A DNA stretch of 64,000 nucleotides, from positions 467,077-531,076 of the forward strand of contig NMRA01000304.1 in NCBI GenBank assembly GCA_002633005.1. The letters are read 5' to 3'. A program made the translations under genes and the position numbers. The notes beneath the pieces are model-generated. The model made no database searches, had not been told where the DNA came from, and saw only the letters and a list, made by a program, of their open reading frames with translations. This DNA is from Phoronis australis. Taxonomy: Eukaryota > Animalia > Phoronida. Positions 59,967-64,000 of this stretch are shown one piece after another (the first letter of the stretch is position 1; every line of letters begins with the position of its first letter).

Positions 59967-62900
59967 TGCTGTGCGTAGGCTTCGCGAGATTACCGCATTC
60001 TGTGGTTAAGTGTGGCCCATAGAACAGATGTCTATGGCCTGGCCTAAGTTGGTCACGTCTATTGCAAGGTCGTGTTTTAATAAACCCAATCAAAACACTG
60101 ATTGTTTACGTTTCATAGCTTCACTAGTTAACCGAATTTTTGGGATTTGAGATTTGGACGTATGTCCTGAGACAAGTCCAGTGTAATTGAAAACGTAAAA
60201 TAGACAGACAATCGGTAGACGGAAGTCACTGGCACTTTAAGATTTTGTGGTTCCTCGCAAAAGTATATGTTCTACCAAAATATCCACGAGCAATTAAGCG
60301 CCGAGGTGGAAATAACGTGCAGCACATGCAGCGTCGTATAATATTGCGCCTGGCGGCAAATATACTTGTACAGAACGTATCGAAACTTTCAAAGCACTAC
60401 CTCAGCGCCCAGCTGCGCTGCTTCAAGGTAATTAGGGTTAAGACGACATCGTGAATAATTAACGAGGCTCTCGTGATGGATAACGTGAAGCATATCTCCT
60501 AATTAGACTCCTGTCTATGCAATTTGTTCTCTTCAGCTGACATTCGCTAGTTAAAAGTTTTCGGAGTTGCCTGTCGCAACTGACTAATGAATTCACTGGA
60601 ATCAAGAACATGACTTGGGGGAAGATCGAGTTTCCAAGCTTAGACTCTCGGTTTATGCAGGTCGAAATAGAAACCAGAATAGTAGATATATAAATACAAC
60701 AGGACAAGAAAATTATATAAAGTAGTGACAGCCGGTTTCAGCATGTTAGGTACTATCTCAGCAACAACAGCTACATGTAAGTGTCCACTTAAGTTCTTAT
60801 TTCCGAGGTCAAAAGCATAGAGTAGGTTTATAATGCCTACCATGCACACGCGTGTATGGCGTAAAATTAAAATATTAATTAGAATACAAAATCAATATAA
60901 CAAATATGACTCAATTAGTTACGCATTCATGCTTGATACAGTGCCAGGGAACTGTAATTAGTAACCCAAAATAGTATAAATTACTACAATGGATAGTATT
61001 TGCAACAGCACGGCGAGTTTATTTTGGACGCAAGCAGGCAACAATACCAAAACGAGGCCATAGAAACGTCCTTCAAAACAGGTTTTTGATTCAGTCTACA
61101 TGCAACGAATTCTTAGTTGACAAGAGACAAAACTTAGTCGTGAATAGGAATTTTGCGTGCCTTTCTCTCGCCGATCTGAATAATGCCACCAATGTTGATG
61201 GAGTCAAATCAAACGCTTCTCAACGGTGCCCTGAAATGTTCAAAACTCTCGTTTGCGCTCCTTTCTCTCGACGAACTGAAATGAATGATGCCGTCAAAGT
61301 TGATCAGTGAAACCAAACGCTCCTCAGACATTGCTTCCCGTGTGACCTTAGTCATTGTAGAACCCTCAGAAGTTTTAAATTTTAATTAAAAAGTTTTTAA
61401 AAAAATCGCCTGCGGTCAGCAATGACAGACTAAAATCACCCTCAGTTTGCTGAAAAATCTCTCGCAGTCTACCCCTGAAATGCGCCAGTAAACTGATTGT
61501 AACGTATCATAAGTGACATAGTATTATTTTCAAATTATGAATATTTTCTATGACTTCCCAGACACCTGAGTGTTTCCAATTTATTAATTTAATATTCTTG
61601 ATCAAACCGCGTATTCCTTTAAGGTTTCGTTAAACGCGAGTTACACCTCGCGCCTGAAGCCGAAGGACAGAGTTTAATTAAATCGTGAAAATTTTGTACG
61701 GCTTTATTCACGCCATTATCATTTATCGTTTCACCTGATATGTTTAGGTTGACAAACTGACATAATGAAATGCAGGTGGATGACATGCTCTGTGTAAGCA
61801 ATTCTTTAAAATTTATTTTTATCAATCACTCTACTAAGTTAAGAAGGATTTCGTTGACCATTCACCACAGCTGAATTTAAGTATTTAAATTGGCAATCCA
61901 AGCGGATTGCATTAACAGTGGGATGTTGCTACGATTTGACGAGTCACATACACGCCTTACTATCTGAACACAGTACATTTTGCAAACATTACCAAGTACT
62001 TATGTTGATCCATGCCCCCGAACCTCATTTCTTTTACGTCATCTTTTGCGGATACATTTTTGTAAGAACATTTTCGTTAAAAATGTGTAGGCTATATCTA
62101 TCAGAGTTGGTTCTGTAAGTTGACCTATTCCACCGGTAGATCTGGGACGGTGGCGAGGCGGAGGACACAACAGCTTCCAAAGGACAGACGTTACCAATGG
62201 GCCCATATCGTCGTCGTTTTTTGTTCATGCCCGAGACTTGAGGGAGACTTTTGACCCTCTAAAACCGTTTATGCTTTGTTGTGCCCAACTGAGAAAGTCT
62301 TATTTCTCAGCATACTGTTAGACCGATCACAAGCCTTTAATTATGTTGATCGGATGTTCCAGGAAAAACAGTCTCGTTCTCTAGTTGATGAACCACCGGT
62401 GGTGTCTACCATGACCTACAGATATCAACTAGTTTCTTGATGTCTGCGTAGTTTTGACTCCAACAGACTAAAAACATTTTCTTTCAACACTTGACTATTC
62501 CCAGCTCCCACACACGAAAATCACTATAATGGCGACCCGAAACCTATACAATTTTCCAAATCGAGTATTCTGACGACTTGGAACAGGTTTACACAATAAG
62601 TACCGCAACTTTAACTCTCAGATATTTTGGTAACTAAGACCCCAGAACTCCAGGCATGAACAATGGTCAGTCACCAATTACAAATCGAACTCACTTCACA
62701 CAAGGGTATTGGATGCGTTTTACGCGAGTGAAAAGTCTGTAAATGGGTAACATGCTTCTTTTAACACATTCTTCTGACTGTGATAAATAATCCCTGAAAA
62801 CGAGGACTTTTGGAACTTAGAATATTGTAAATATCTACTTGTTCAGATTGAAGCTACCATCGAAACAATGCTAAGCGCACGCAGTGGTTTAACAAAAAGT

Positions 62901-63386
62901 ACCCTCTGACACTGGTACCCACGTCTGGGTTCAAATCAACAACCAGATTCATGACAAGGGATTTGAACAATGGTGGCCACAACTGACGCGACAGAATTCT
63001 TTCTCACTTGCTTATAAACAATGTTATTTATTGAATGACCTTTGTTGGTCTCGCTGCATCAACGTCCTGGTCACAAAAAATCAATGGTCGTGTGCAATAT
63101 GTGAAACAATACGTACGCAGTCACCGACCATACACAACCAGCAAACATCAAGACAACGCTTCGAATAGTGGGCTACAAGGAATCAACTGTCACTTTCCAC
63201 AGTTCCGGCGAAACAAAGACGTGATACGTACATGTCAATTAAAGTCATATGATCCGTTTGTAGACGTTTTAAAAACATCGTGAATCTGCATAAAAACCAT
63301 TGAAACATACTCTAGTGGAATAATTGGGTGAGTAAGACAACAAGCCGGTTTTATGCTTAGGCGGACGACTATAGGGTTTCGGAGTG

Positions 63387-63979
63387 TATAATACCACAAG
63401 GTATGACACTCGGGACTAGAAATTCCATGGGTTCTTTGATTCAGCCATCCATATCAAACTCATAACTCAATAAATTTACACAATTCAAAACAGGGGTTCA
63501 ACAAACCATGAGAAATTGTTCTTTCTTAATGATGCCATTCACGGTGTTCTGCTCCAGCGAGTTCGCAAAAAAATTCACTGTCAAAGCACAAAAATGTTCC
63601 CAAAAAGCCCAAACGCACTTTGTTGGTTTGAGGTCAAGGACGGTACGGAAATTGCCGGTTTGTTGCGTAAAGTCACGATGTTGATAACGCCGTCCATCCG
63701 TAATTCATTAGTAATTTCCGTACCACCCTTGACCTCGAACCGACAAAGTGCAAAGTGTATTAGGGCTTTTTGGGAACATTTTTGTGCTTTGACAGCGTAT
63801 TTCTTGTGAATTCGCTGGAGCACGACACCATGAATTTTATTATAAGAAAGAACAATTTCTCATGGTTTGTTGAACCCCTGTTTTATGTCAATTTATTGAG
63901 TTATGTGTTTGATATGGACAGTGTAATCGAAGCACCCGTGGAATTTCTAGTCCCGAGTGTCATACCTTGTAGTATTATA
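63387..63979. mobile_element. About 590-bp palindromic MITE with TA ends
   Basis: TATAATACCACAAGGTATGACACTCGGGACTAGAAATTCCA / TGGAATTTCTAGTCCCGAGTGTCATACCTTGTAGTATTATA; arms complementary to about 63655/63712. Confidence 0.85.
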
Positions 63980-64000
63980 TGTAGTGTATTGGGGAAGCGA

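Noticed and set aside
62870-62945. tRNA gene (A-box-like GCAGTGGTT, B-box-like GGTTCAAATC)
   Set aside because: No cloverleaf; at best a decayed tRNA-derived SINE head.
55780-63300. Numerous 60-110 aa ORFs in the right-hand region
   Set aside because: No recognisable motifs or splice-consistent exon chain; small exons of an unrecognised gene cannot be excluded.

Overview
AT-rich, intron- and repeat-rich eukaryotic DNA. Gene content and repeat types point to an invertebrate animal genome (inference), in a draft assembly with single-N joins. Three gene systems can be read directly. (1) The 3' part of a spliced Xaa-Pro aminopeptidase gene (aminopeptidase P, M24B; + strand, 491..21358) ending in a GPI-signal-like tail. 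Its active-site loop is encoded by three tandem paralogous exons (15461-15532, 16070-16141, 17330-17407) that look mutually exclusive, each with a predicted hairpin over its 3' splice site. (2) Two tandem 5-exon genes (- strand, 22723..31953 and 34749..43695) for a metal-dependent amidohydrolase of the COG3964/Atu3266-type deacetylase group, whose differences cluster in active-site loops. (3) A head-to-head pair of intronless small heat-shock protein genes, each with two alpha-crystallin domains, sharing a mirror-symmetric promoter rich in heat-shock elements (53399..55498). The rest is mostly non-autonomous DNA transposons (IS3EU-like, TTAA/Kolobok-like, CACTA-like, Helentron-associated elements with CTCF-like motif arrays), TE fragments and simple repeats. 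Three overlaps at N joins are probably uncollapsed haplotypes. Most short ORFs in the supplied track are spurious. All calls were made by eye, without database searches.
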